A stretch of 64,000 bases of DNA, from NCBI GenBank assembly GCA_046482545.1, contig JAWOEX010000045.1:20069-84068 (forward strand), in the 5' to 3' direction. Shown one piece after another: positions 20,124 through 31,548 of the stretch. Origin of the DNA: Candidatus Thorarchaeota archaeon (GTDB taxonomy: Archaea > Asgardarchaeota > Thorarchaeia > Thorarchaeales > Thorarchaeaceae). Numbering within the stretch: position 1 is the stretch's first letter; each line of letters starts with the position of its first letter. Below the pieces are notes generated by a model. It saw nothing but the letters and a program-made list of their open reading frames with translations, ran no database searches and was not told where the DNA came from. The translations under genes and the position numbers were made by a program.

Positions 20124-21077
20124 TTACTCTTTGAGTGAACTTTGGATAGTCGCTTTCCTCTTGGCTTGGCTGATTTGGATCAGGGTGATACTCAGGCCCA
20201 GCATTGCGAGTCCGACCCAGTCAAGAACCCTAGGCATCTCTCCGAGAAACACAACAGAAAGAATGACGATTTGAGGCAACATTGTGCTATTGATTAGTGA
20301 AATATCAACCGCCCGTAGCACACGCATGGCTCTATTCCAAAGGGTAAAGGCAAGGGCGGTATTCACAACCGCAAGCCAGAGCACATAGATTATGCTAACT
20401 GGTGAGATGGGAACCACTCCTTCCAGAGTCAGACCCGAAAGAAGCAGGACGCCTGAACCAATGGCCATACTGAGAGTGGTGATTACGACAGGATGGACTG
20501 CACTGTTTCTATTGATTTTTCTTCCCAAGAGAGACGATAACGCATTGGCTATTAATTCCGCTACTGCGATAAGCAAACCAAGGGCCTGAACTATTGGCAG
20601 GTTCATTGGATAGAAATAGATCAGAACACCTACTAGTCCAACGACAATAAGTAGTAACTGCCCTTTGGTGGGGGTCTCGTTCAAGAATAGGATGCCCATA
20701 AAGAGTACTACGACGGGTGTAAGGTTGAGTAGCATAGATTCCGTAATAGCTGGAAGAAGAGATAACGCAACGAAGTGAGCTCCCTGTGTAACGGATACGA
20801 AAATCACTCCATAAATTGCAATTATCATCCACCACTTTCTCTTTCTCCCGGCAATCTGCCCTCGATACTCTCCTTGAGATAACACAAAACCGAGGAGGAC
20901 TACGGACGCTATAGAATATCGAAGTCCTGAGAAAAGGAGCGGCGGTAACTCCTCAAGACCGATTTTTATGATTACATACGATGACGACCAGAGGATAGTC
21001 ACGAGCAGCGCTTCAAGCGATGCCATAATATGTTCCGTGGATAGACTGTTTTCTTTGGTTGCATGGAGATTGGACAC
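20124..21077 (-). CDS. DMT/EamA-family transporter
   Basis: LWSSSYVIIK, PPLLFSGLRY, two EamA repeats, LGE motif. Confidence 0.9.
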   Translation of the reverse strand: MSNLHATKENSLSTEHIMASLEALLVTILWSSSYVIIKIGLEELPPLLFSGLRYSIASVVLLGFVLSQGEYRGQIAGRKRKWWMIIAIYGVIFVSVTQGAHFVALSLLPAITESMLLNLTPVVVLFMGILFLNETPTKGQLLLIVVGLVGVLIYFYPMNLPIVQALGLLIAVAELIANALSSLLGRKINRNSAVHPVVITTLSMAIGSGVLLLSGLTLEGVVPISPVSIIYVLWLAVVNTALAFTLWNRAMRVLRAVDISLINSTMLPQIVILSVVFLGEMPRVLDWVGLAMLGLSITLIQISQAKRKATIQSSLKE

Positions 21078-21154
21078 TTTGCAGCCCCCATCTGAAAATA
21101 CGAAGAGTTATGACTGGGATGAAGATTTACCCGTCATAAGACGGGTGTTTAATA

Positions 21155-21811
21155 GTGATCCGAAGCAGCTTTGCAATCAGCGCGCGTGACTATTATTCTT
21201 GTGAACTCACTCGCAAGATACCTGTTCGTGTCTTGATTGTAACGATCAATGGTCCCACTGGTTTTGGAATTGTTGAGAGTCTCAAAGGCGAAGAAGAATC
21301 TATTGAGAAATATGTAGAGGGTCTCCATCTTTCTAAAAGCATCACTGAGGTTTCTGTGACCTACAGGTCATCAACAGCCTACTGGACCAAGGTAACCCAC
21401 GATTTGGAATTTCCATCAATCTACGAGACCATCCTTGAGTGTGGTTCTATGACTAGACTCCCCATCATAATCCAAGAAGGCACTCAGAAACATTTAGTGT
21501 TATCCCCTTCGAGGGAACGCCTTCGAGTACTCCTGAAAACACTACGCGAACGGTTTACAACTGCTAGGATAAGGTTGCTCAAGACGACCCCTTCCAGCCC
21601 ATTCGAGCCACTCCTCACCGATAAACAAATGGAAGCCTTCTCTGCAGCGTACAATGCCGGCTATTACGAGATTCCTCATCGTGTTACTGTGCGAGAATTA
21701 GCCAGCGATATCGGTATCAGTAGAGTAGCAATGCAGGAGCGTTTGAGAAGGGCGGAAATTCGTATTGTAGAGTCCTTTACAAAAGGCCTAAGCCATCATT
21801 CCGAGTTATGA
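21155..21811 (+). CDS. Bacterio-opsin-activator-type HTH regulator
   Basis: C-terminal LTDKQ..A..AY.AGYYEIP..VTVRELA..IGIS..A..ERLRRAE. Confidence 0.88.
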   Translation: MIRSSFAISARDYYSCELTRKIPVRVLIVTINGPTGFGIVESLKGEEESIEKYVEGLHLSKSITEVSVTYRSSTAYWTKVTHDLEFPSIYETILECGSMTRLPIIIQEGTQKHLVLSPSRERLRVLLKTLRERFTTARIRLLKTTPSSPFEPLLTDKQMEAFSAAYNAGYYEIPHRVTVRELASDIGISRVAMQERLRRAEIRIVESFTKGLSHHSEL

Positions 21812-21980
21812 TCTCACAATGGGCGTAAGAGATGCTGAACCATGGGGAACCCCATAATTGAAACTGGCAATCATGCTTATCGACGTGATTGGACCATTTT
21901 TCAAATCAATCGAAGGTCTAATCCAGTAGCTCTAGTAAAGGAATCTCTTGTTTTGAAAGAAGATCCGAATAATAAGAATG

Positions 21981-23156
21981 CTATTTTCGTAGAGCGGTTG
22001 TCAGAACTAAGAACGTGATTAGAGCAAAAATAGCACCGAAAAGAAATGGCAGCGTCACTCCGCCTATTATAAAGGCTATTCCCATGATTGTCGGGCCTAG
22101 TGTTTGCCCCCCTCTAAGTGCCATTCCATTGAGTGACATCACAGCTGCTCGATATTCCTCTGATGAGGCCTCGGCAAGGAGATTTTGTCTTGTTGGAATA
22201 TTCATACCCTGTGCAGCTCCAAATATGGTAAGTGGAATGAGCATTACCCACAGGCTATTCACAAACGGAATCGTAAGCATCACCACAAAGTAGAGGAGGA
22301 AAGCTGTCTGCAGGAGTTTGATTCCATCATATTTGTGTCCATACCTTGCCAGAAACCAAGATGTAAGACCTGTTGCTACAGAGACACTTGACATAACGAT
22401 ACCAATCACCAGCGACGAGGAACCATATTCCTCATCTAACAGAATAGGTACGTACGTCTGGTGTGCCCCATATAGCAGAATGAATGTCATGATGCTCACA
22501 AAAAGCATGACAATGACCTCGGCATTCTTGATGCCGTTCCACGCATTTTTCAGATAGCCGTGGAACTCGGGTGCCCCCTGTGGTTCAATGTCATCCAACT
22601 TCAATAGCACCAGACCGGCTATGGGGATGGCGAAAATTGCCAAAAGGAACGGAAAATGCCAGTTGAGGGACGCAAGGGCACCACCAATAGAAGGATATGA
22701 AGCAGTTCCGATGCTCAGCACGCTTGCATTGTATAACATGGCTTTCTTCTGTCTTTTGCCTGAATACAGGTCCCCAACAAGTGTTATTGTCAACGAGCCC
22801 AGAGCTGCGCCTCCCACTCCTTGAATGAACCGAAGTATCAATAGCATTAGAAATGATTCAGCAAATGCGCAAGCAGTTCCTGCGAACCCGAAAAGCAACA
22901 GGGATGGCACGAGTATTTGTTTTCTCCCAAATCGATCGGCTAGTATACCCAATCCGAATGTTAGGAAGATTCCAGGCAAGGTGAAGACTGTAATCAACAA
23001 GCCAACTTGCTCGGGTCCTATTTGAAGTGCGCGAGATATTTTTGGCAAAGCGGGAGAAATGCTTGATACACCCAGCACAGCCATGAGAGTGATGCAATAA
23101 ACAACTCTGATCTTTGCATCAAGATAAAGCGGCTCATCATTCATATTGAGGTACAC
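21981..23156 (-). CDS. MFS transporter
   Basis: GILADRFGRK motif A; 12 TM. Confidence 0.92.
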   Translation of the reverse strand: MYLNMNDEPLYLDAKIRVVYCITLMAVLGVSSISPALPKISRALQIGPEQVGLLITVFTLPGIFLTFGLGILADRFGRKQILVPSLLLFGFAGTACAFAESFLMLLILRFIQGVGGAALGSLTITLVGDLYSGKRQKKAMLYNASVLSIGTASYPSIGGALASLNWHFPFLLAIFAIPIAGLVLLKLDDIEPQGAPEFHGYLKNAWNGIKNAEVIVMLFVSIMTFILLYGAHQTYVPILLDEEYGSSSLVIGIVMSSVSVATGLTSWFLARYGHKYDGIKLLQTAFLLYFVVMLTIPFVNSLWVMLIPLTIFGAAQGMNIPTRQNLLAEASSEEYRAAVMSLNGMALRGGQTLGPTIMGIAFIIGGVTLPFLFGAIFALITFLVLTTALRK

Positions 23157-23834
23157 CTTGAAACAGCCTTATGGCCGGCGAAATTGGGCATATATTGCAT
23201 TACGTATTTCGCCGGCATCTTACCCTAATAATAGACTAGTGGTAGATGATATACCTGCAAACTTCAATTCTGCTCCAACATGAACCCTCATATTCTTCCG
23301 AATTGCCTACGAAACGCACTCATTGAATGGGTTGAAGAACTGCCTATCTTCAGGGAGAGTGAACCGACTGCGGCAAGAGACTGAAGACGACAAAGACGCG
23401 TCTACAACTGAGAACATCTTAGGAGTAATGGCTGATAAGATGCCCACTCCTGAGAAAGCTACTGAAAATGCAATATCTCTGAAGAATTGTTCACGCGTGT
23501 TAGCTCCAGGGTTAATTCCAATCTCTTCCTAGGTACATTCAAACTCCCAAGGGGGCATGGAATGGTGGCTTAAGATGCTTGAAGAAAGGCTCGACTTACT
23601 TGGGGTAGAGGAGGTTAGCATCACTATTGCGAATCGCTTAGAGTATCCCGGCACATTTTGAATGAAGTTGTCCGAGAAACTAGGAGAAACGGCGCCTTTT
23701 AGTGCAAAATGTGCATAATGACCGCAAGGGGGGAAGGCCAGCTGTAAGGGTTACCCTACTACAGTCTCTTGCGATCAGTAGCTTGGTTGCCCCTTATGAC
23801 CCCTCAATCCGAAAACCCGCCGCTGCTGCGATAA

Positions 23835-24350
23835 CTAAAAGGTCCCTTCTTCGTTGAGAACGAATCGGAAAAGGTAAACAAGTATTCCAATAAGGAAGCC
23901 TATCGTGCAGAATGTATAGATCCCGCTCGCAGATACAAGACCGTACAGGGGATTCCCAAGGAGTGGGAAGAACGGATTCATTTCAGCATACAGAAACGCA
24001 TCCAGTAACACATGTAAGTAGGTTCCGAATAGACTTGTGTAAATCAACCTGCCAACTTTCATATCTTGTTGTATTTTGAAAAGAGAGAAGATTTCTTGAA
24101 CAGGCATTTTCAAGATGTAAATCAAAAGGGCCGCTAATATCCCCATGACCGTTGCTCCCAATAATGTGTGCAGGATGCTATGTAATGGTCCCGGAAAACC
24201 AAGAAAGATCACCCCGAATGGTTCTATGTCAATTATTATACTGGAAAGCAAGAGTGCGGCAACATCAAAGAACGGGAAAAAGAGAAAGGCGAACAACATC
24301 GCAGGGCCAAAGTGAAACGGTGTGAACGGCATTTCTAGGACAACATCCAT
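23835..24350 (-). CDS. Membrane-bound metal-dependent hydrolase-like protein
   Basis: MPFTPFHFGP, DIEP, LHSILHT, HVLLDA motifs. Confidence 0.7.
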   Translation of the reverse strand: MDVVLEMPFTPFHFGPAMLFAFLFFPFFDVAALLLSSIIIDIEPFGVIFLGFPGPLHSILHTLLGATVMGILAALLIYILKMPVQEIFSLFKIQQDMKVGRLIYTSLFGTYLHVLLDAFLYAEMNPFFPLLGNPLYGLVSASGIYTFCTIGFLIGILVYLFRFVLNEEGTF

Positions 24351-24497
24351 GAATTGCTTGAATCGTCTAAAAGTGAAACTCTATCGCTTATCATCTTTTG
24401 CTACGATGGAGGGCCTTGGGATACTGAGATTTGATACCCTCTGGCCCCTCAAGGTGCCGCTTTTGATACATTTTAATAGCTGTTCAAGTATACAAAT

Positions 24498-24839
24498 ATG
24501 TTGGTGAAGACGTTGGAACCCCGAACAGAATCAATAACCACAGCCCCGGAGCTTGAACCTGAAGAAATTACCGAGATTGTGAAGATTTTCAAAGCGCTAG
24601 CGGATAGCTCAAGATTACAGATTATCAACACTCTGGCCGAAGATAGGCGTCTTTGTGTATCAGATATCGCAGAACAATTAGAGATGTCAGTAAGCAATGT
24701 AAGCCATCATCTGGGCAAACTTGATGATCTCGATTTTGTTAGTTACAAGAAGCAAGGTAAGGAAGTCTACTACCGCCTTGATGACGAGTGTATCCGAGAC
24801 ATTCTCTGGAGAGCTAGAGACCATGTCTGCGGACTCTGA
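24498..24839 (+). CDS. ArsR/SmtB metal-responsive repressor
   Basis: FKALADSSRLQII, LCVSDIA, SNVSHHL, GKEVYYRLDD; overlaps the ATPase start. Confidence 0.93.
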   Translation: MLVKTLEPRTESITTAPELEPEEITEIVKIFKALADSSRLQIINTLAEDRRLCVSDIAEQLEMSVSNVSHHLGKLDDLDFVSYKKQGKEVYYRLDDECIRDILWRARDHVCGL

Positions 24840-26730
24840 TGCTTATTGTGCCTATTGTGCAGCCCAAGAGGCCAAAAGCACCCCTTCTGATTTCAAGTAC
24901 AAGTATTCTATTATTGTGCTGTCAGCGATTGCACTTGGCATTGGTGTCATGCTGGAGCTTGCTTCGCTTCCAATGCAAATTTACTATGTTGCATACATCA
25001 TTTCTATGCTCTCAGCTGGCCGTTGGGTCATTCCAGCCGGGCTACGAGGTGCGGCAAGAGCACATCTGGACATCAGTTTCCTTATGACTTTTGCATCCAT
25101 AGGTGCTATGCTCATTGGTGCTCCTGCTGAAGGTGCATCGGTTATGTTATTGTTCTTCATAGCAGAGGTTCTTGAAGAGAAGTCCAGTGAACGAGTACGG
25201 ACTGAAATTGAAGATTTACTTGAATTGAAAACTCCAAGTATCACAATAAAGACTCCTGAGGGTGAGAAATGTGCATCTCCTGAAGATATTGAGGTTGGAG
25301 AAATCATGGCTGTTCGGCCAGGAGAGAGAATTGGACTAGATGGTACAGTAGTTCGCGGTTCCTCCGCTGTGAACCAAGCGCCGATAACAGGAGAATCTGT
25401 GCCGGTGAGCAAGGAAGTGGGTGATGAGGTCTATGCCGGCACCATCAACGAGAAGGGTTACTTAGAGATTGAAGTTACCAAAGAATCCGGCGATACTGTT
25501 CTGTCTAAGATTATTGATTATGTTGAACATGCACGGAAGGAGAAGGCGCCCGCTGAACTGACAGTAAACAAGTTCTCCCATATCTATACTCCTGCTGTCG
25601 TAGGCTTCTCATTAGCTCTTACTATGATTAGCTTCTTGTTTGGTTTATCTCTTCCTGAGGCGGTCTATCGTGGTCTATCGTTACTTGTCATATCTTGTCC
25701 TTGTGCGTTCGCCATTTCCATTCCAGTCAGCATGGTGTCCTCCATAACAGGTTCGGCAAGGGATGGCGTTCTTGTGAAGGGTTCAAAATACATCGAACAG
25801 TTGAGCAAAACCAAGACTGTGGCCTTTGATAAGACAGGAACGCTCACTCAGGCCAAATTAGAAGTCAAAGACATTCACGCTGTTAATGTCAGTGAAGAAG
25901 AGGTTCTCGCGGTAGCGGCATCCTTGGAACGTATGTCTGAGCATCCTATCGCTGAGACCATTGTTAAGGAATCCAACAATCAAGAACTCAATCTCAGGAC
26001 TGCATACAATTTCAGATCGCTACCTGGGAGAGGTATTCGTGCGCAAATTGACGGTGCTGTTTATCTTGTTGGAAATCGCAGGTTGATGGAAGAAGAATCA
26101 GTTGCCATATCATCCCAGGAAATGGGCACTCTAAGTGTAGGAACGTACGTATATGTGGCCAAGCAATCAGAACACATAGGAACATTGGTTCTTGCGGATG
26201 CCTTGCGCCCTGAGAGTAAAGCCACCATTGAAGCGTTAAGAGAGAAGGGCATACGAACCATCATGCTGACCGGCGATCACGCCGAGGTAGCAAGTGAGAT
26301 AGGGACCGAATTAGGGATTGATGAATGGCGAGCAGAACTGCTCCCTCATGAGAAAGTTGAGGCTGTGAAAGAGCTTGGCAAGGACGGTCCTATTATCATG
26401 GTAGGTGATGGGATCAATGATGCACCTGCTATGGCCGCAGCAGATGCAGGGATCTCAATGGGCGTCATATCAAGTGATATTGCCCTTGAAACCTCAGATA
26501 TTGCGCTTATGGAAGATGACCTTTCTAGGATTCCTGAGCTTCTGGAGCGCTCGAAGAAGACCATGGGCATTGTTCGGAATAACGTCACCATCTCCATTGC
26601 AACAAAAGCGATATTGGGCGCACTGGCTATTCCTGGTTTGGTAAGTCTCTGGATTGCAATCGGTGTAGGCGATATGGGCATAACACTAGCAGTTATAGCT
26701 AATGCTCTCAGGTTGGCAGTGCGTCATTGA
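24823..26730 (+). CDS. P1B-type heavy-metal ATPase (ZntA/CadA-like)
   Basis: TGES, CPC, DKTGT, SEHP, TGD, GDGINDAPA; short N-terminal CxxC. Confidence 0.95.
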   Translation: MSADSDAYCAYCAAQEAKSTPSDFKYKYSIIVLSAIALGIGVMLELASLPMQIYYVAYIISMLSAGRWVIPAGLRGAARAHLDISFLMTFASIGAMLIGAPAEGASVMLLFFIAEVLEEKSSERVRTEIEDLLELKTPSITIKTPEGEKCASPEDIEVGEIMAVRPGERIGLDGTVVRGSSAVNQAPITGESVPVSKEVGDEVYAGTINEKGYLEIEVTKESGDTVLSKIIDYVEHARKEKAPAELTVNKFSHIYTPAVVGFSLALTMISFLFGLSLPEAVYRGLSLLVISCPCAFAISIPVSMVSSITGSARDGVLVKGSKYIEQLSKTKTVAFDKTGTLTQAKLEVKDIHAVNVSEEEVLAVAASLERMSEHPIAETIVKESNNQELNLRTAYNFRSLPGRGIRAQIDGAVYLVGNRRLMEEESVAISSQEMGTLSVGTYVYVAKQSEHIGTLVLADALRPESKATIEALREKGIRTIMLTGDHAEVASEIGTELGIDEWRAELLPHEKVEAVKELGKDGPIIMVGDGINDAPAMAAADAGISMGVISSDIALETSDIALMEDDLSRIPELLERSKKTMGIVRNNVTISIATKAILGALAIPGLVSLWIAIGVGDMGITLAVIANALRLAVRH

Positions 26731-26827
26731 CATTCATACACCTTGCCTTCCACGTTACCTTAATGAGCTTCAATTGTCATCAATTGGTGGAAGCAGCTTG
26801 GACGGTGACTTTCCAGGGGTACTCTGG

Positions 26828-27601
26828 ATGACTCAAAATAAAGCGGACAATGATGAATTAGAGTGGCACGAAATGAAAGATATGTGGCAGTTGATGGCCC
26901 CAGTCGTATTTCCCCCGGGATTGCTTGACATGACGAAATCTGAGGTTACGGGTTTGATCGAACTATTGGATATAGAAAAGAGTAACCGGATTTTGGACCT
27001 GTGCTGTGGATATGGAAGGCATGCCCTTGAGCTATCGAGGCGAGGTTACGATGTTGTCGGTGTGGACATCAACGAGCACTTCATTGAACAGGCAAGTGAA
27101 GCAGCCTCCGAAGAAGGCCTACCAGTAGAGTTTCGAATGGGGGACATGCGTGAATTCTGCGAACCCGAGTCTTTTGATGCTGCAATCAACATGTACGGCT
27201 CTTTTGGCTACTTCGCAGATTACAGTGATGAACTACTTGTCCTAAGAAATATCTACAAGTCATTGTGCACTCCGGGGAAGCTGCTCATTGATCTCTGGGG
27301 CAAGGAAATCGTGTTGGAACTATTTCCAAGGGCAAGTGAGATAGAGTCGGAACGCGGCCTTCATGTTATTGAGAGCGACATAATCGATAACGAATCAAAG
27401 TTGGAGACTACTTGGAACTTGCTTGACAAGGATGGCACGTGGCACGAATGGACTTCTGTTCAGAATCTGTATTCCGCTGCTGAGCTCGCGGATATGCTGG
27501 AGGAATGCGGTTTCTCGGGAATGAACGCCTATGGCAGTTTCAAGGGAACCGAATACAATGAACATGCCGAGCGGCTTGTAATGACTGCCTTGAAAGAATA
27601 G
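26828..27601 (+). CDS. Class I SAM-dependent methyltransferase
   Basis: ILDLCCGYGRH, VVGVD, GDMR, SFGYF. Confidence 0.88.
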   Translation: MTQNKADNDELEWHEMKDMWQLMAPVVFPPGLLDMTKSEVTGLIELLDIEKSNRILDLCCGYGRHALELSRRGYDVVGVDINEHFIEQASEAASEEGLPVEFRMGDMREFCEPESFDAAINMYGSFGYFADYSDELLVLRNIYKSLCTPGKLLIDLWGKEIVLELFPRASEIESERGLHVIESDIIDNESKLETTWNLLDKDGTWHEWTSVQNLYSAAELADMLEECGFSGMNAYGSFKGTEYNEHAERLVMTALKE

Positions 27602-27674
27602 AATCAGCTTATGAGGTAAACCAAAGTGTCTTAAAGCAGTGAAGGCTCCTTAAAAGTACAGGACGTGATTAAAA

Positions 27675-27983
27675 ATGCCCGAATTCGCAGACCCTTTTTC
27701 TGGATTAGCAAATGATCGAAAACTTAGCCATTCCGAACTTGTTCGCGCAATCAGATACATGATTTCAGCCGAGTACGAGGCCATACAACTCTATGTTCAA
27801 CTTGCTGAGTCAACCGATAACGAACTGGCGAAAGAAGTACTGATTGATATTGCAGACGAGGAAAGGGTTCATGCCGGTGAATTCCTACGTCTACTCTATC
27901 ATCTTGAGCCCGACGAGCAGGATTTCTATGCGGAAGGCATAGAAGAGGTAGAAGAGGAGATTGAAGAGTTAGGACTGGAATAG
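27675..27983 (+). CDS. Small ferritin-like protein (encapsulated-ferritin-like)
   Basis: AEYEAIQLY...DEERVHAGEF half-bundle. Confidence 0.8.
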   Translation: MPEFADPFSGLANDRKLSHSELVRAIRYMISAEYEAIQLYVQLAESTDNELAKEVLIDIADEERVHAGEFLRLLYHLEPDEQDFYAEGIEEVEEEIEELGLE

Positions 27984-27995
27984 TCATGTGACTAC

Positions 27996-28027
27996 AGAGG
28001 AGAGGCACTGCCCTCTCTCACTTTTTG
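27996..28027 (+). terminator. Hairpin plus U-tract
   Basis: GAGAGG...CCTCTC stem followed by CACTTTTT just after the stop. Confidence 0.45.
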
Positions 28028-28080
28028 TGCCTCCATAACGTTATGTTTTTCATCTCATGCTCTGATTTTGGGTACCAACC

Positions 28081-29256
28081 TTGCCTGATGAACATATCAT
28101 CTCTGAGCTAAAGCAGGACATTGCCTGCTTACGCGTAAATAACCTTAGACAACGGATTACTTCCATATGTAGAGCTGGAAACGAAGGACAGGTCATTGAA
28201 GCCGTGAATGCCCTCTCTCAGAAAGAATTCAAAGACCGTTGGGGCTTTCTAAGACGTGTTCTTTTCGAAGCTCTGAACATACCTAATCTCAGCTGTATTG
28301 ATAGGAATCCAATCAGCATACTAGTATCAGCATTAGATGATGCTGGGTCCAATTTCCTTTCTCACATTGAAGAGGTAACAATGACCTCTCTCAGAAAACA
28401 GGTGGAACTGGGTAACACTTTCTTCATTGATATAGAGAAACTCAGAAAGACACAAGCGGCAATTCTCATTCCGGAAATAGCTTCAACAAGGATTGAGAAA
28501 CTGCGAGACATTTGCAGAGACAGTTTCGACCCTCGAAAATTCGTACAGACTTACTATGGTTTCAAACTCGTATCTTCCCGGGTTCGCAATGGGACCTTTG
28601 CCAAGGAACTACCTGGCGTTCTTGAAAAGTTGGGGGTGACAGTGCCGTCGGATATTTGTACTACCGTCTTCGATTTTGATACCGCGGGTCTAGAATTCGA
28701 TAATGTTTCAGCTAGAACGCACGAGCTTCTCTGCGAAATACTTCGTCTCACCGGAAACAACTCCGGGGAACGGGCGAAGGCTGCTGAAACTCTGGGGATA
28801 ATTGGTGATCCCCGTGCAGAACCGTATATCCGTGCGGCCACACAAGACAGGTATGTTTGGGTGAAAAAAGCAGCAATAGAGGCACTCGGAAAAATCCGGT
28901 TATCATCAAGCATTGATGCGCTGGTAGAGTGTCTCTATGATTTGGAGTCAAGTGTACGAGAAAAGGCTGCACGCAATCTTCCTTATTTTGGGAATGAAGT
29001 AGTTCCGCAGCTTGTCAGCGTGCTAGATCATGATAGACAAGTACATTTCGAAAATGCCCTTGAGGAGGCCGAAGCATCCCATCCTCGCTCTCTGGACACT
29101 TTTGCTGCTGCTTTGTTGAACCGAAATTCAGAAGCAAAGCGGCTCGCCAGAGAAGTCTTGAGCGAACTCAATCATTCGGCTGAAGATAAGATAGGATTAA
29201 GCGGTTCAAATACAACCCTGAGTCAAACTAATTCCCTTTCTGAGCCGATTGACTAG
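28081..29256 (+). CDS. HEAT-repeat protein
   Basis: RAKAAETLGIIGDPRA, VKKAAIEALGKI, VREKAA repeats. Confidence 0.8.
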   Translation: MPDEHIISELKQDIACLRVNNLRQRITSICRAGNEGQVIEAVNALSQKEFKDRWGFLRRVLFEALNIPNLSCIDRNPISILVSALDDAGSNFLSHIEEVTMTSLRKQVELGNTFFIDIEKLRKTQAAILIPEIASTRIEKLRDICRDSFDPRKFVQTYYGFKLVSSRVRNGTFAKELPGVLEKLGVTVPSDICTTVFDFDTAGLEFDNVSARTHELLCEILRLTGNNSGERAKAAETLGIIGDPRAEPYIRAATQDRYVWVKKAAIEALGKIRLSSSIDALVECLYDLESSVREKAARNLPYFGNEVVPQLVSVLDHDRQVHFENALEEAEASHPRSLDTFAAALLNRNSEAKRLAREVLSELNHSAEDKIGLSGSNTTLSQTNSLSEPID

Positions 29257-29280
29257 TGGGCACCTTACTTGCCAGAAAAC

Positions 29281-31290
29281 CTATTTCTCTATCAGAGCTT
29301 TTGCTCTCTTGATGACATTGCTAACAGTGAAGCCATACTTCTCAAATATGACTTTGTAGGGTGCAGAAGCCCCAAATTTCTCAACCCCTATAATATCTCC
29401 CTTTTCACCAACCCATCGATTCCAGCCTAGTGGCACGCCGGCCTCAACTGCCAGTCGTGCTGTGACATCGGGTGGAAGAACAGACTTGCGGTACTTGTCA
29501 TCCTGTTGTTTGAATAATTCCCAACTCGGGAAAGACACCAGTCTAACGTTGATTCCTTCCTGTGTGAGTTTTTCTCCTGCTTCTACAATAAGATGCACCT
29601 CTGAACCAGAAGCCATCAGTAACAAGTCGGGCTCCCCTTCGCCAAGGTCTGCAAGAACATAAGCACCCTTGTGCAGCCCTTCTGCTTCAGCATATTTCTC
29701 ACGGTCAAGAATCGGGACTTTCTGACGAGTAAAGGCGAACGCTGTTGGCCCCTCTGTTCTCTTTATTCCCGCTTTCCAAGCTTCAACTACTTCATCTGCG
29801 TCACAGGGGCGAATCACTACGAGATTGGGAATAGCTCGAAGGGAGGCTAGGTGTTCTACTGGTTGATGCGTCGGCCCATCTTCCCCTAATCCGATGCTGT
29901 CATGGGTGAATATCCACAAACTATTGTGACGAGAGAGCGCGGACATCCTGATTGCCGGGCGCATATAATCGGAGAAAATGAGGAATGTCGCGCCATATGG
30001 CCTAATCCCGCCATGGGCTGTCATCCCATTGACAATAGCGGCCATAGCGTGTTCCCGTACTCCGAAATGGACGTTTCGACCTTCTGGGTTATCTGCTTGC
30101 AAAGATGTACTTTCGTCTATCCATGTTTTGTTTGAGGGTGTCAAATCTGCTGAACCGCCAATTAGCTCGGGGAGGTGTGGTGCGAGAGCGTTGATAACTT
30201 GCCCAGATGGTACTCTCGTTGCCAAATCCTTGTCATCTTTTGAGTAGCTCGGGAGATCAACATCCCACCCTTCGGGAAGCTCTCTTTCTACTCGGCGGTT
30301 GAATTCCTTCATGAGTTCAGGATACTTCTCTCCATACTCCCGAGTCCGAGATTTCCATTCCTTCTCTAATTCCTCACCCCGGGGTATCGCCTCTCTGAAG
30401 TGTTTCAGTACATCCTCAGGGACATAAAAGCGAGGTTCAAGGGGCCATCCGAGATTTTTCTTAGATTTTTCCAGTTCATCCTCCCCCGGAGGCTCTCCAT
30501 GAGCTTTGGCAGTATCCTGTTTGTTTGGCATACCGTATCCAATATGGGTCTTGCAAGATATCAGCGATGGTCGTGGATTTTCTTTTGCTTCTTTTATTGC
30601 CGCATCAATTGCTTCAATGTCATTACCATCTTCGACTGTCTGCACATGCCAGCCAAACGCCTGAAATCGCCTCTGCACATCTTCTGTAAACGTGATATCT
30701 GTACTGCCGTCAATAGAAATCTCATTATCATCATACAGAACTATGAGTTTACCTAGCTCAAGATGTCCAGCCAGAGAACCCCCTTCGGAGCTTATTCCTT
30801 CCATCATGTCACCATCTGTTACCAAGACATACGTATGATGGTCGATAATTTCATGCTCATCTCGGTTGAAGACTGCCGCCAAGTGCTTCTCTGCAATGGC
30901 CATTCCGACAGCATTTCCAAATCCCTGCCCAAGTGGTCCAGTTGTCACTTCCACCCCTGGAGTCAAATGACATTCGGGATGACCTGGAGTTGGACTGCCC
31001 CATTGTCTGAATTCCTTGATATCTTCCAAGCTAAGGTCATAGCCAGTAAGATAAAGTAATGAATAGAGGAGCATCGAGCCATGCCCTCCTGAGAGTACGA
31101 ACCTGTCTCGGTCTACCCATTCCGGATTACGTGGGTTAAACCTGAGATGGCGCTTCCACAGCGTATAGGCGATTGTGGCGGTACCCATCGGCATTCCCGG
31201 ATGACCGGAATTGGCACGTTGAACCGCATCTGCGGATAGAAAGCGAATTGTATTGATGGCTTTCTCATGAATGGATTCTGCTTCTGACAT
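29281..31290 (-). CDS. tkt: Transketolase (single-chain, bacterial type)
   Basis: [31 protein letters not shown] motif, [22 protein letters not shown]. Confidence 0.97.
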   Translation of the reverse strand: MSEAESIHEKAINTIRFLSADAVQRANSGHPGMPMGTATIAYTLWKRHLRFNPRNPEWVDRDRFVLSGGHGSMLLYSLLYLTGYDLSLEDIKEFRQWGSPTPGHPECHLTPGVEVTTGPLGQGFGNAVGMAIAEKHLAAVFNRDEHEIIDHHTYVLVTDGDMMEGISSEGGSLAGHLELGKLIVLYDDNEISIDGSTDITFTEDVQRRFQAFGWHVQTVEDGNDIEAIDAAIKEAKENPRPSLISCKTHIGYGMPNKQDTAKAHGEPPGEDELEKSKKNLGWPLEPRFYVPEDVLKHFREAIPRGEELEKEWKSRTREYGEKYPELMKEFNRRVERELPEGWDVDLPSYSKDDKDLATRVPSGQVINALAPHLPELIGGSADLTPSNKTWIDESTSLQADNPEGRNVHFGVREHAMAAIVNGMTAHGGIRPYGATFLIFSDYMRPAIRMSALSRHNSLWIFTHDSIGLGEDGPTHQPVEHLASLRAIPNLVVIRPCDADEVVEAWKAGIKRTEGPTAFAFTRQKVPILDREKYAEAEGLHKGAYVLADLGEGEPDLLLMASGSEVHLIVEAGEKLTQEGINVRLVSFPSWELFKQQDDKYRKSVLPPDVTARLAVEAGVPLGWNRWVGEKGDIIGVEKFGASAPYKVIFEKYGFTVSNVIKRAKALIEK

Positions 31291-31548
31291 CTGTCAAATC
31301 TCCTCACTATTGGTAAATTAGATATTGTTCAAGCGCGGCTTGAAATCCTCTGTCGGCCAACTTCGGCTCGTTGCTTTTGGTTGTTGTGCTTTTTACTACT
31401 ATCTCGAAAGTGACCCACTCGGGAATTGACTCAATCTTTAGAGATTTCCCCCGAAGATAAAGGTCTTACCTAGTCCACACTTGCAGCTGACAGCTTTCAC
31501 AGATCATCAAAGAAATCTGCAGCCAAAGTACAGTATTGCTCTCTGAAT

